Assembly: GCA_963844715.1 (NCBI GenBank)
Contig: CAWJPJ010000007.1
Location: 896,001-960,000 of the forward strand
Direction of reading: 5' to 3'
Length of the DNA stretch: 64,000 nt
Source: an uncultured Phycisphaerales bacterium
GTDB taxonomy: Bacteria > Planctomycetota > Phycisphaerae > Tepidisphaerales > Tepidisphaeraceae
This document shows positions 44,401 through 56,577 of the stretch, piece by piece (positions within the stretch are counted from its first letter, which is position 1; each line of letters begins with the position of its first letter). Under the pieces are notes generated by a model. The model did no database searches, had not been told where the DNA came from, and saw nothing but the letters and a program-made list of their open reading frames with translations. The position numbers and the translations under genes are program-made.

Positions 44401-47400
44401 CGACTCTCAAGGAAACCAGTGGACTTTCACGCCGAATGGCGGCGGATACACGGATCCGGCCGGAATTTTCGGCGCCCTGACCATGGGAACCGACGGATTT
44501 ATCTACACCGATACCGACGGTACCGCGCTATTTCAATTCCAGCGGCCAACTTGAGAAAATCGAGGATCGGAACGGCAATGCGCTCGACATTACGTACGCC
44601 GATGGCTTGATCGCGGAGGTTTACGATAACGCCGATCCCTCCAGAAGCCTCGCCTTCACTGCTACCGACGGCCATATCACGTCGATCACCGACTTCACGG
44701 GCCGTACCTGGAGCTATACGTATGCGACGGCCGCCAATCCAAATACGGATGAGACCACGTATTTCCTGGCTTCTGTAACGACCCCGTCCGATGACAGTAC
44801 CCCCGCGAATACGCTTTCCTATACCTACAGCACGTCCGCGCCCCTGTTCGGTTTGATGACGGCCATCACCGAGTCATCGGACAGCAAGTCAATCCAAGTC
44901 GGCTACTATCCCAACGGGCAGGTCTTCAGCGTTACCGACCCGGAAGGCAACGTACAATATTTCTTCTATGACTCGGCCCACAATTCGGCCACATATGTCA
45001 ACGGAGATGATCAGGCCACCGTCAGCGAATTCGATTCAAACGGCTTCACGATCAAGCAGATCAATCCCGATCTCACCCAAGTTAAATCCACCTATTCCAC
45101 CAGCGATGAACTCCTTTCGCAGACCAATGCGATGGGCCAGACCGAAACCTTTACCTACGATTCCAACGGCAACATCACCGCGTCCACCGCTTTCGACGGC
45201 GTCACCACGGATGCCACTTACAACTCGTTTGCCGAGCCGATCGAGGTGACTCTCCCTGGCAGTCGCATCACCACCTACACTTACGATTCCAACGGCAACA
45301 TGCTCTCCATGACGGACGCCGTGGGAGACGAAACCACATTCACTTATTATTCCGACGGACTGGCGGAGACCGTCACCGCGCCCAACGGAAACGTCTCCGG
45401 CGCGATACCCGCCGATTTTACCACCACGTACACCTACAATGCCGCGGGGCAGGTCCTCACCACCACCACTGGCCTGCCGTCGGCCGCGGTCATCGTTAAC
45501 ACCTACGACGATCAGGGCGACCTGACCAGCACGGCTCACGTCGTCGGTAATACCACGTCGTTTCTCACTTCGTATGCCTACAACCTCTTGGGCCAGCTCC
45601 TCTCCATCACCGGCCCTAATCCAGACGTCAACGGCGTCACCGGCGAATCTCAGGCCGTCTCGTCCGTGACATACGTCCCTTCCGAAGATGAGACGATCAC
45701 GACCGACCCCAATGGCAATTCCACGGAAACGTTCCTCAACGGAAACAATCAAGTTGTCAAGGTTGTGAATCCCGACGGGTCCTTCGTCACCTACGCGTAC
45801 GATGCGGCCGGAAACCTGGTCGCCATGACGGATGCGCGGGAACACGACGAAGTACGTCTACAATTCCATGGGGCAATTGATTCAAACTCTGAACCCCGAC
45901 CCCGCGCACGGGACAGGCGGGAACCTCGACTTCGTCGACGTATAATGCGGACGGCCAGGTCACCAGCACGACCGACGCTGATGGGAACACAACCTCTTAT
46001 ACCTATCAATCCAACGACTGGCTTGCATCGGTCACCGACCCAGATAGCGGCGTCACCACCTACACATATGACTCGCTCGGCGACGTGGCCGGTGTTACCG
46101 ATCCCGATGGGAACGTTACCTCTTACACCTACGACGACGATGGCCGGGTTCTGACCAAAACGGTCGGCTCAAGCATCTGGACCTACTCCTACGACGCGGA
46201 TGGCAATCTGGCCTCGACAACCGACGCCGATGGTCGCACGATCGACTACGTCTACGACTCGCTGGACCGCCTCACGCAGGAAAACTGGATGGGGTCCGGC
46301 GACTCGATCGTCAACAGCATCGACTACACCTACAACGCCGACGGGCAGGTCACCAGCGCTAGCGACGATCAAAGCGCCGAGTCCTACACGTACGACGGGG
46401 ACGGAAACGTCTCGTCGGTCAGCAACTCCGGAACGCCGGATGCGCCCACTGTCGTCGAGAATGAGCTTTATGACCCCGATGGCAATCTGCTTTCGCTTTC
46501 GGCCGCCGTCAGCGGCACGACCGAACTCACCAACGACTACCAGTACAACGCGCTCGATGAAATGACCCAGGTGACTCAGACCGACCTGGGCGCGGATGCC
46601 GAGCAGGCGAACTTCACGTACAACACGGATGGCCAGTTCGAGGGGATCGACCTATACGATGGCGGCGCGGGCGTCGCCTCCGCCCACTATCAGTACAACT
46701 CACTTGGTGAGGTCACCTCCCTCGACTGGGTGAATGCGAGCGACCAAAGCGCCATCAATTCATACGGCTACACATACGATCCCAACGGTCAAATCACGAG
46801 CTTTACCTCTACGGATGGAACGATCAACTACACTTACGACCATGATGGGGAGCTTGTTGGCGCCACCGGTACCGGTCTGCCAAGTTCGGACTCTTACGCC
46901 TACGACGCCAACGGGAATCGGAACAGCACGGGTTACACGACTGGAACCGATAACGAGCTTACTTCCGATGGAACCTATGACTATGCGTACGACGCGGATG
47001 GAAATCTGATCACCCAAACGACCATCGCCACGGGCGCCACCGAAAACTTCACCTGGGATTACCGCAACCGCCTCACCGAGATCACCTACAAGAATTCGAG
47101 TGGTACGACCACGGGGACGGTCCAGTACACGTACAACGTCTTCAATCAACGGATCAGTCAGAAAGTCACGAATGGGTCCGGGACCGTCACGCTGGACGAA
47201 GATTACATTTACGACCTATCCGGCAACCTCATCATGGTCACGACTCCCTCGGGCACTATTACGGACCGCTACCTATTCGGTCCCGGTACAAACCAGGCCC
47301 TGGCCGACACAACCTCTTCGGGCACTACCTCATGGATGCTGGCCGACCAGCAGGGGACGGTTCGCGATGTAATCGATTCCGGAGGCTCGGTGACCGATCA

Positions 47401-48205
47401 CATTGTTTACGATCCGTATGGAAATATCCTCAGCCAGACCAATCCCGCGAACCAGCCGCGTTTCGGGTTCGATGGCATGCAATTGGATCAAGCCACTGGA
47501 TCGTATTACGACAACGCCCGCTACTACGATTCGTCGACCGGAACATTCATCAGCCGGGATCCGCTCGGATTTGGCGGGGGAAGTTCCAATCTGTACGATT
47601 ACGTTAGCAATAAGCCGACGAAGCTTAGTGATCCAACCGGGATGGGCGAAGTCTTAATTGGACTTGGGGGAATATTTGGTTTCGCCGATCCTTTCGGGTG
47701 GGAAGGAAATGGCACCGCTGACTTCGCCATCGGATGGGGGCCGGGCGGCGTCACAGTTGGCGCCTTGGAAAGTATCGCAACCGGTCCAACTGTCGGAGCC
47801 GCGTTACCCTCCGGAGGTGCCGGGGTAGATGTGGGATATTATCCTAGCGTAACGAACGTCACCCAACTTTCCGGATTAGGGTGGGCGGTTGGCGCCGCCG
47901 GGGGACCAGGAGATAGTGATGTTTGGTGGGAACCACCCGCTGGTCAACCTGGTGGTGTTTGGGTTGGTACACCGGTCGGCGTGGGAGCTACTGCTGGAGC
48001 GTACGCCACTGTCGCCGGATCATACACATGGACACAAGACCTGACTCCGGGCGTCAAAGCGTTCTTTCAAAGTCTTTCGAATGTGCTTAATCAGGCTTCA
48101 ACTGTAGCGCAGATTGAGTCACCACTTCCTATCCCCGGCCCAGCCGCTGTCGCTCTTCAATATGCAAGCTCGGCACTCAAACACGTCGCGCGTGTGTTTA
48201 AATAG
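29410..48205 (+). CDS. Giant (~18.8 kb) surface protein/RHS polymorphic toxin, broken into about 10 ORFs by frameshifts
   Basis: Consecutive overlapping + ORFs: EALESRILLS export motif; GGGI beta-helix repeats with DQRG..DIGA.E and SLRDAI modules; FN3; PA14 (YSVRWTGQV...ADDGARLWVDG); FG-GAP (GDFNGDG); transglutaminase-like; GDPVN DUF6531; YD repeats; RHS core ending LSDPTG; Gly-rich C-terminus. Confidence 0.8.
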
Positions 48206-48214
48206 GCTTTATCA

Positions 48215-48535
48215 ATGACATATAGACTTCCAAAATATGCAAAGGTCTTCGTTTGGTGCATCTTTTTGTTCTGGTTGCCAGGTATGGCTCTTTATTGGAA
48301 TTTGTCCTCGCCATCCCACGAGGCGCGGACGAACCCTGACCAAATAGAGTGGCACAACAAGGGTCGGGTCTTTTACGTAAACCGTGTCGAGCTGGTTTCG
48401 TGTGAGGTTTTGTTTTGGGTGTCGTTTTCTTTGACGGTCCTGCTTGTTGTACCTCTGGTAGTCCACCGCCATGTCAAGAAGGGGAAAGATGGGGGAAGTG
48501 CCACGGAGGAAAAGTCCGGATGGGATAAGTCCTAG
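48215..48535 (+). CDS. Candidate immunity protein (two TM helices) for RHS toxin 1
   Basis: Starts 9 bp after the toxin stop; small protein with two hydrophobic segments. Confidence 0.55.
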   Translation: MTYRLPKYAKVFVWCIFLFWLPGMALYWNLSSPSHEARTNPDQIEWHNKGRVFYVNRVELVSCEVLFWVSFSLTVLLVVPLVVHRHVKKGKDGGSATEEKSGWDKS

Positions 48536-48686
48536 GTATTGAAGTGGCTGTAATGGCCCAGGACGTTGTCGGGTGATTTTGTTCGGGAGAATTTCGGGAT
48601 TTTGGATATGTGCATGACATTGATTGAGGATACAATTGATGCGAATGGTCTCAGAACAGCGACTTTGGGGAGTTATTTTCTGATCC

Positions 48687-51600
48687 TTGCGCGAGGAAGA
48701 CGATATTTCCATCCCGAATATTGGCCTGCCCCTCGATTTTAGCCGCTATTACTATTCCGGCTCGACCACCGACGTTGGCTTCGGCGCCGGCTGGACCGAT
48801 AGTTACAGCGACACGATGGTCACGCAGGAAAATGGCGACGTCCTTTGGACCGATTCCCAGGGTGATCAGCACACCTTCACGCCCGCCACCGGCGGTGGTT
48901 TTACCGACCCCGCGACCATCTTTGGAACTCTCTCCCTGGTGGACGGCCAGTACATCTACCGCGACACTGACGGAACCGAGCCGCATCTTCAATGCCTCGA
49001 CGGGCCAGCTTGTCGAAATCGAAGACGCCAACGGCAACGCCCTCGATATCACGTACAACGAAGATGGAACGCTCGCCTCCGTCTACGATGCGGCCGATCC
49101 CTCGCGCAGCCTGACCTTCACCGACACCGGCGGACACATTACCGCCATCACCGACTTCACCGGCAGGATCTGGAAATACTGTTATCAAACGGCCGTTAAT
49201 CCCGTGACTGATCAAACTGTGTATCTGTTGACGTCGGTCCACACTCCGTGCGACTCCAACACGCCGGCGCAAACCACTAACTATGGTTATGACACATCCG
49301 TTTTCGGCTACAGTTCCGCCGCCGGCAGCATCAATGCGTCTTCGCCTCTCTTCGGGCTGCTCAGCTCGGTTACAAATGTCTCCGATGGCGCATCAGTTCA
49401 AATCAGTTACTACCCCGACGGGCGAGCGTTTACCGTTACCCTGCCCGACGGCGGAATCGAATCGGTCTTCTATGACACGTATCACGATACATCCACCTAC
49501 GTCAATGAACTGGGACAGCCGACGCTTGTCGAAATGAATTCCGCTGGCGATGTCGTCAAGCAGATCAACCCCGACCTGACTCAGATCGATTCCACCTACA
49601 ACGCCAACGGCGAGCTTACCTCCGAGACCAACGCGATGGGTCAGACCGAAACGTTTACCTACGACTCCAGCGGCAACGTCACCTCATACACGGCCTTCGA
49701 CGGCGTCACGACGGATGCGACCTACAACTCGTTTGCCGAGCCGACGCAGGTCACCCTCCCCGGCGGACGCGTCACGACTTACACCTACGATTCTCATGGC
49801 AATCTTCTCTCCATGACGGATGCCGCCGGCGACGAAACGACCTACACTTATGTCCCCACCGACGGCACGGATCACACCAACGGCCTGGTTGAAACCGTCA
49901 CAGCGCCCAACGGCAACGTCGAAGGCGCAACCGCCTCCGACTTTACCACCACATTCACCTACAACACCGCCGGGCAGACGGTTACCGCCGCAAACGGCTT
50001 GGACCAAACCGTCACCAACACCTACGACTCCGCCGGCGATCTGACCAGCATGACCGACGCGATGGGCAACACGACTTCATATACCTACAACCTGTTGGGT
50101 CAGCTGCTGTCCACCACTTCCCCCGACCCCGGAGTCACAGGCGAGACCCAGCCGGTCTCCAATATCGCCTACGACCTAGCGGACAATTCAACCACCACCA
50201 CGGACCCCAATGGCAACATCACGCAGACTTTCTTCAATGGCGATAACCAGGTCATCAAGGTCGTCAACCCCGACGGGTCATTCATCAGCTACGCGTACGG
50301 CGCCGCCAGCAATCTCGTCGCGATGACCGATTCGCGCGGGAACGCGACGAAGTATGTTTACAACTCCATGGGCCAACTAGTCGAGACGTTGAATCCCGAC
50401 GGCACCTCCACGACCCAGACGTACAACGCTGCCGGCCAGGTGACCAGTTCCACCGATGCCGACGGGAACACCACCTACTACTCGTATCAATCCAACGGCT
50501 GGCTGGCGTCGGTTACTGATCCGAACGGCAATATCACGACCTACGGCTACGATTCCGTCGGCGACGTCACCAGCGTAACCACTCCCTTAGGTACGACGAC
50601 GTACACGTACGACGACCTCGGCCGCGTCACTCAGTCCGAAGATCCCACCGGTCTTGTAACCGAGACTACTTACGACGCCGACGGCAATGTCACCCAGCAA
50701 ACTCAGTACAACGTCTCCGACCCAAGCGACACGCACGCGACCACCACGGTCTACGATGTGCTGGATCGCCCGATCGAAGTGACCGACCCGGCGGGGAATC
50801 ATACCGACACTTCCTACAACGCCGATGGAGAAGTCATCAGCACCACCGACGCCGCGGGGGCGACGACCAATTACGCCTATGACGATGACGGGCGCTTGAT
50901 CTCCACCACCGGTCCATCCCCCGACGGCGGTACCACGCCGGGCCCGGTTACCAGCTATCTCTACGATGCCGACGGGAACCAAACGGAGGTAACTGACCCC
51001 CTCGGAAACACGACGGCGTATATCTACAACAACATGAACGAACTGATTTCGGAAACCGATCCCGCCCCCAGCACCGGCGCGGCCGCCCCGGTTACGACGT
51101 ATCAGTACAACACGGATGGCGAGCAGACCGCCATCACCGATCCGGACGGGAACACCACCTTCTACCAGTTTAACTTCATGGGCGAGCAGGTCTCGGAACT
51201 GAACGCCGCGGGATCGAAGTGGACCTGGCAGTATGATCCCAACGGCAATCTCATCTCCGCCACGGACGCCGACGGCCGCACCGTCGACTACACCTATAAC
51301 TCCCTCGGCGAGGTGACCAGCGAAAACTGGGTCGGGGGCGACTACACCATCAACTACACATACAACAGCCTCGGCCAGCTCACCCAGGTTACCGATCCGG
51401 ACTCCACGTACAATTACACGTACAACAGCGTCGGCCAGGTAATCCACGCGAACAACTCCGGCACGCCTGGCGTCCCCACAACCACGTTGAATACCAGCTA
51501 CGACGGTTTCAATAACCTCGCCAGCCTGAGCGCCCTGATCGGCTCAACCACCGACTTTACAAATTCATATAGTTACGATTCACTGGCCGATATGACCCAG

Positions 51601-53514
51601 GTCGCCCAATCCGGCTCCGCCGTCACCTCGAAGCAGGCGAACTTCACGTACAACGCTTTGGGCCAAATCACATCCGAGCAATTATCCGCGTCATCCGCGG
51701 TGGCAAACGCTTCTTTCGGTTATAACGACGCAGATCAACTTACTTCACTTACGTACACTCGCGCCAGCGATTCCTCCACGATCAATTCCTACGGCTTGAC
51801 CTACAACTCCGACGGACAGATCACCGCGGAGACCAACTCCGACGGCACGATCGACTATACCTACGACCACGACGGCCAGCTGACGGGCGCCAGCGGCTCG
51901 GGCCTGCCGTCGAGCAACTCCTATTCCTACGACGCGAACGGCGACCGCACGTCCACCGGCTCCGCCGCCGACACCACCGGCACGAATAACGAACTGACCA
52001 GCGACGGGACATACGACTATACCTACGATGCCGATGGCAATCCGATTACGCAGACGACCATCGCCACGGGCGCGACGGAGAACTTCACCTGGGATTACCG
52101 CAACCGCCTGACGGGTATCGTATTTAAAAATTCCTCGGGCGTAGTTACCGAGGAAATCTCGTACACTTACGACGCGTTCAACCAGCGGATCAGCCAGACG
52201 GTGAAAAACGGCTCGGGTACGGTGACGTTCGCCGAGAACTACGTGTATGACTCGGCGGGCGACTTGGTGATGACCCTGGACGCCTCCGGCAGCGTCACGG
52301 ATACCTTCCTCAATGGACCCACGGGGCAAACCCTTGCCGCCGACGCCGGCAGCGGCAATGTGACCTGGCTCCTGGCCGACCAGCAGGGATCGGTCCGGGA
52401 TGTCATCAATGACTCTGGCGCGGTTGTCGACCACATCGTCTACGACTCCTACGGCAACATCGTGAGCCAGAGCAGCTCCGCGAACCAGCCGAGATTCGCG
52501 TACGCGGGAATGCAATTGGATCAAGCCACCGGCTTGTACTACGACCACGCGCGCTATTACGATTCGTCAACCGGAACATTCATCAACCAGGATCCGACCG
52601 GGTTTGGCGGAGGGACGACGGATTTGTATGACTATGTCGGCAACGACCCGGTCAATTTCGACGATCCGACGGGGACGTTTTCATACCGGCTTCAGATGGT
52701 GGAAGAACAGGCCGCGCAGGGAGATCACGATGTGCTCACGCAGCTGCAAAACCTGATGCTTGTTCCACCCACGCAAAGTCCGGCCTGCTTCTCGGGGGAT
52801 GACAACGGCGCGACGACAGGTTCGAACGGAGGCACGGTATTCTCGAACGCGCAACAGGGCGATTCATGGTGGTCGAACTTCTGGAATGCCGGGACTAACC
52901 CCAATTCTTATGGGGAGGCGTCGAACGTAACGCAGCCGAATTCCATTGTGTATACGTCAGCGGCACTTCGCGCGGCGGGAGTGGTTTTGGTAACATACGG
53001 CACGGGGGGCATCGCGGCGGAGGTGTATGATGCGTACGTTAGTGCCGAGGAGGCGGGAATCGCCGCAAGTACAGTGGCAAGCGCTGTGGGAAATGCGGCG
53101 ATACAAGCCACTTCCGGACAGCCCTTCTCTTGGACTTCGTTTGTAGCGAGTACAGTTACGGGCGCTGGTGCTGGAGTGGCTGCAAACGTGGTAGGCAACA
53201 TGCTTGCCGCAGAGAGTGAAGGCGCTGCCGGAAGCACGCCGGTAGGCCGTTCGGGTTCTCCCCTCGGGTCGGTTCAGGGGAATGCTGACGCCACAATCGG
53301 CGGTCGTACCTTTAGCGGCCACGCACTTGACGGAATGCAGGCCGACGGTATTCCCCCGTCCGTTGCCGAGAACACGATCCAAAACGGCTCGTCGATGGTG
53401 GGTAAGAATCCTGGGACGACCGCGTTTTATGATCCGGCTAATAACGTCACCGTCATAACTAACTCAACTACGGGCAAGGTGGTTACTGTCTCCCGTGGTC
53501 TGATCAAGCAGTAG
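48687..53514 (+). CDS. Orphan RHS module with a DUF4258/BECR-like nuclease C-terminus (frameshift near 48980)
   Basis: Starts abruptly inside DUF6531 (DISIPNIGLPLDFSRYY) with no signal peptide; YD repeats; FDDPTG; C-terminus SGHALDGMQADGIPPSVAENTI...VVTV. Confidence 0.85.
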
Positions 53515-53528
53515 AAGGCAGGTCCGTC

Positions 53529-53912
53529 ATGGCTGAGGATTGGAAGAAGGAATACGACCAACGTCAATATCGGTTGATGGCTGACCAATTGCAGCGGTTT
53601 GAAGAAGGTCAACTCGGTCTTGTCTCTCTGATCGGCAGCCTAAAGTCTTTGCTTTCAGTTCTTGAAGCAACAGATGAAGCGTGGAAAGACGACTTCCGAA
53701 GTGAGTGGGGAACTTTGGAGGTGGCATATGCCATGATGCTTGACCAGAAGGGAGACGGCCTCGTGCCAAACGAGCAGGCGGCGCTTAATGATCTCGCCAA
53801 CCGTGCAGATATCCGTCAAGCAGTCCGGAACATGCAGCGGCTTGTGCAGGAGCGCATTGACACGACGGCTGGCGCGGAAACTGACGCCGGGGACGGTGCG
53901 ATTGCCGGCTGA
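53529..53912 (+). CDS. Candidate immunity protein, paralogue 1
   Basis: Directly after the toxin; 127 aa; MAEDWK.EYDQRQYRLM...WGTLE. Confidence 0.7.
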   Translation: MAEDWKKEYDQRQYRLMADQLQRFEEGQLGLVSLIGSLKSLLSVLEATDEAWKDDFRSEWGTLEVAYAMMLDQKGDGLVPNEQAALNDLANRADIRQAVRNMQRLVQERIDTTAGAETDAGDGAIAG

Positions 53913-53934
53913 AAGCGACTAAAGGTGGGTCGTC

Positions 53935-54318
53935 ATGGCTGAGGATTGGAAGGCGGAATACGATCAACGCCAGTATCGGTTGATGGCCGACCAGTTGCAG
54001 GGATATGAAGAAGGCAAGTTAAACCTCGCCTCTTTGGTCAGCAGGTTGGAAGCGTTGCTCTCGGCTCTAGAGGCACCCGATAAAGCGTGGAAAAATGACT
54101 TCTGGAGCAAGTGGGGAACCTTGGAGACGGTGTACGCGGTAGCGCTTGACCGCAACGAACAAGGTCTCGCGCCGGATGCCCAAGCGACGATCAATGATCC
54201 CTCTCACCGGGCGCTCATCAACGAGGCAGTCCAGAATCTCCGGCGGCTCGTACAGGACCGCATCGACACGACGGCCGGCGCGGAAACGGACGCCGAGGAT
54301 GGCGCGACCGCCGGCTGA
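53935..54318 (+). CDS. Candidate immunity protein, paralogue 2
   Basis: Same length and clearly homologous to 53529..53912. Confidence 0.7.
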   Translation: MAEDWKAEYDQRQYRLMADQLQGYEEGKLNLASLVSRLEALLSALEAPDKAWKNDFWSKWGTLETVYAVALDRNEQGLAPDAQATINDPSHRALINEAVQNLRRLVQDRIDTTAGAETDAEDGATAG

Positions 54319-54500
54319 AAGCCACCCATTGCAAACCCGGTAGGTTGACGGATCGCGCTAACTTCCCGCCCTGTCGGGAGTTGCCGGCGTCGTTGCCGCC
54401 GCGCAAGGTGTAAACACCTTGCCTCATCAGGTCACAGGTTGCGCCAGATCATTGTGGGACAGAGACTTACAAAAAGCGCACCTTGGTTCCTTTTACCTTG

Positions 54501-54599
54501 CCGTCTGATGTTTGTATGACCTTCTGCCCCCAGGTCAGCGCTGCAAGTGCCGGAATTCGCTGCAAATACCGACAAAGCTCATACATCCCTTTTATCTTG
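54501..54599 (+). repeat. 99-bp unit, copy 1, bounded by nic-like motifs
   Basis: CCGTCTGATG...CCCTTTTATCTTG, identical to 56077..56175. Preceded by CTTTTACCTTG and ends in CTTTTATCTTG. Confidence 0.85.
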
Positions 54600-54680
54600 T
54601 ATTCCATGAGCAAACTTCTCCTGGGTTAGATTCTCCGGGAGTGTCGAGACCCGTTGGTCCCTTTTTGCGGGAGGTTTGCC

Positions 54681-55828
54681 ATGGTATTCGTTGGATTGGA
54701 TACGCATCATGAAACGTCGACCTGTTGCGTGCTGGATGATCGAGGCCAGCGACTGGAGGGTCGGACGATCAAGGGTTCTTGGACGGAAACGGCACGGTAT
54801 CTTCAGGCGCTGCAACAGCGTGATGGTCGGCCGATGGCAGTCTGCTACGAGGCATCGTGCGGGTACGGAGCGTTGCACGATCACCTGCGGACATTCTGCC
54901 AGCAGGTGGTGGTGGCGCATCCTGGCCGGGTGCGATTGATCAGCCGATCCAAGCGGAAGAATGATCGGGTTGACGCCCAGAAGCTGGCCAAGCTGTTGTA
55001 TCTGGACGAGGTTCCGCAGGTGCATGTTCCATCGGCCGAGGTTCGTTCGTGGCGGGAGCTGATCGAGCTGCGTCGTCGCCAGGTGCAGACGCGCACTCGG
55101 GTGCAGAGCCGGATCCGCGCGTTGCTGCGGACGTACAACGTGTGCATTCCCAAGCAGGGAAAGGAACCCAATCGCCCGTCTCGGAGGTGAAGTCTGCCGT
55201 CGTTGCGAGTGAAGCGTGCGAGCCGTTTAAGATTCTGTGGACGGATCGGGGCCACCGCTGGCTCAAGTTGCTGCAATGGCCAACGCCGGCGGTGGCGTTG
55301 CGGTGCGAATTGTTGGTCGATGAGTTGGAGCAGACGGAACGCGCCATCAAGCGGGTGACGGCGGAGTTGGACAAGATGGCGGCCGGAAACGCCGGCGTGC
55401 AATTGCTGTGCACGATCCCCGGCGTGGGATGCCGGACCGCCGAGGCGGTGGTGGCGTATCTGGACGATCCAGATCGTTTTGCCCGATCCAACCGGGTGGG
55501 ATCGTACGCGGGTCTGGTGCCGTGCCAGGACAGTTCCGGGGGCACCGATCGACTGGGCCATATCACCAAGGAGGGCCCGGCGACGATGCGCTGGCTGCTG
55601 GTGCAATCGGCCTGGCAGGTGGTGCGGCGCGAGCCGTTCATGCGGGCGTACTTTCATCGCGTGGCCGGCGGGCAGAAGGAAAATCACAAGAAGGCGCTGA
55701 TCGCCACGGCGCATAAGCTGCTGCGTTGCATGCATTCGATGCTGCGAACGGGCGAGGTGTGGAATCCGCCGAAGGACGATGCCGCGAACGAGGCGAAGTC
55801 CGCCGCGACGGAAGAGAAGAGCGGCTAA
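54681..55828 (+). CDS. IS110-family DEDD recombinase (frameshift near 55180)
   Basis: FVGLDTH; CYEASCG; KNDRVDA; TIPGVG; YAGLVP..DSSGG; GHITKEG. Confidence 0.93.
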
Positions 55829-56060
55829 AGGAAAAAGATGGACCCTTGTAGGCATCGGTAAGCGCCGATGATCGAGATGGGCACGGGATTGATAACCGGA
55901 CTCCGCGGCAAGGCATGGGACCATACCCAGGATCCCGATACCTTGAATGGAGCCGGTTCGGATCACGAAGAGTGGCACGCCGTCGATAAGTGTTTTGACG
56001 GATGATGCCGGATAGATGCGTGGAACATCCCGAGCCTGAATCTCGTCCCCGTCTTGACAC
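55829..56060 (+). ncRNA. Putative bridge/seek RNA region of the IS1111 element
   Basis: About 230 nt of structured non-coding DNA after the transposase. Contains TACCTTG (55939-45, target-like), GGCA (55974-77, complement of TGCC) and ATAGATG (56012-18, same as the donor end 56070-76). Confidence 0.55.
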
Positions 56061-56076
56061 GGTTTGCTCATAGATG

Positions 56077-56175
56077 CCGTCTGATGTTTGTATGACCTTC
56101 TGCCCCCAGGTCAGCGCTGCAAGTGCCGGAATTCGCTGCAAATACCGACAAAGCTCATACATCCCTTTTATCTTG
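56077..56175 (+). repeat. 99-bp unit, copy 2
   Basis: Identical to 54501..54599. Confidence 0.85.
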
Positions 56176-56577
56176 TATTCCATGAGCAAACTTCTCCTGG
56201 GTTAGATTCTCCGGGAGTGTCGAGACCCGTTGGTCCCTTTTTGCGGGAGGTTTGCCATGGTATTCGTTGGATTGGATACGCATCATGAAACGTCGACCTG
56301 TTGCGTGCTGGATGATCGAGGCCAGCGACTGGAGGGTCGGACGATCAAGGGTTCTTGGACGGAAACGGCACGGTATCTTCAGGCGCTGCAACAGCGTGAT
56401 GGTCGGCCGATGGCAGTCTGCTACGAGGCATCGTGCGGGTACGGAGCGTTGCACGATGTCGCGGGTGCGCCAAAACCGGCCATCAATGGGCGCTCGAAAA
56501 CCGGCCAGTGTTGTGACGCTTCGTATACCTCATCCGTTCAGTTCCATGCAACTTTCTGTTGAGTTATTGGCCCCGCA

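Larger units (their letters stand above)
54600..56076 (+). mobile_element. IS110-family element, IS1111 type, copy 1
   Basis: Sub-terminal IRs ATGAGCAAAC (54606-15) and GTTTGCTCAT (56062-71), 6 and 3 nt inside a duplicated TG core; long 3' non-coding region. Confidence 0.85.

Noticed and set aside
29410..53514. Repetitive sequence as a possible CRISPR array or DNA repeat array
   Set aside because: The repeats are degenerate, in-frame protein repeats (GGGI, FG-GAP, YD). There are no fixed repeat-spacer units and no cas genes.
54881..56071. 396-aa antisense ORF over the IS110 transposase, and similar shadow ORFs elsewhere
   Set aside because: GC-rich antisense shadows of recognised genes with no motifs of their own.
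54503..56078. IS defined with a TGCC core as a perfect tandem dimer
   Set aside because: Possible, but 10-bp sub-terminal IRs at 6/3 nt from a TG core fit IS1111 architecture better. Kept only as an alternative.
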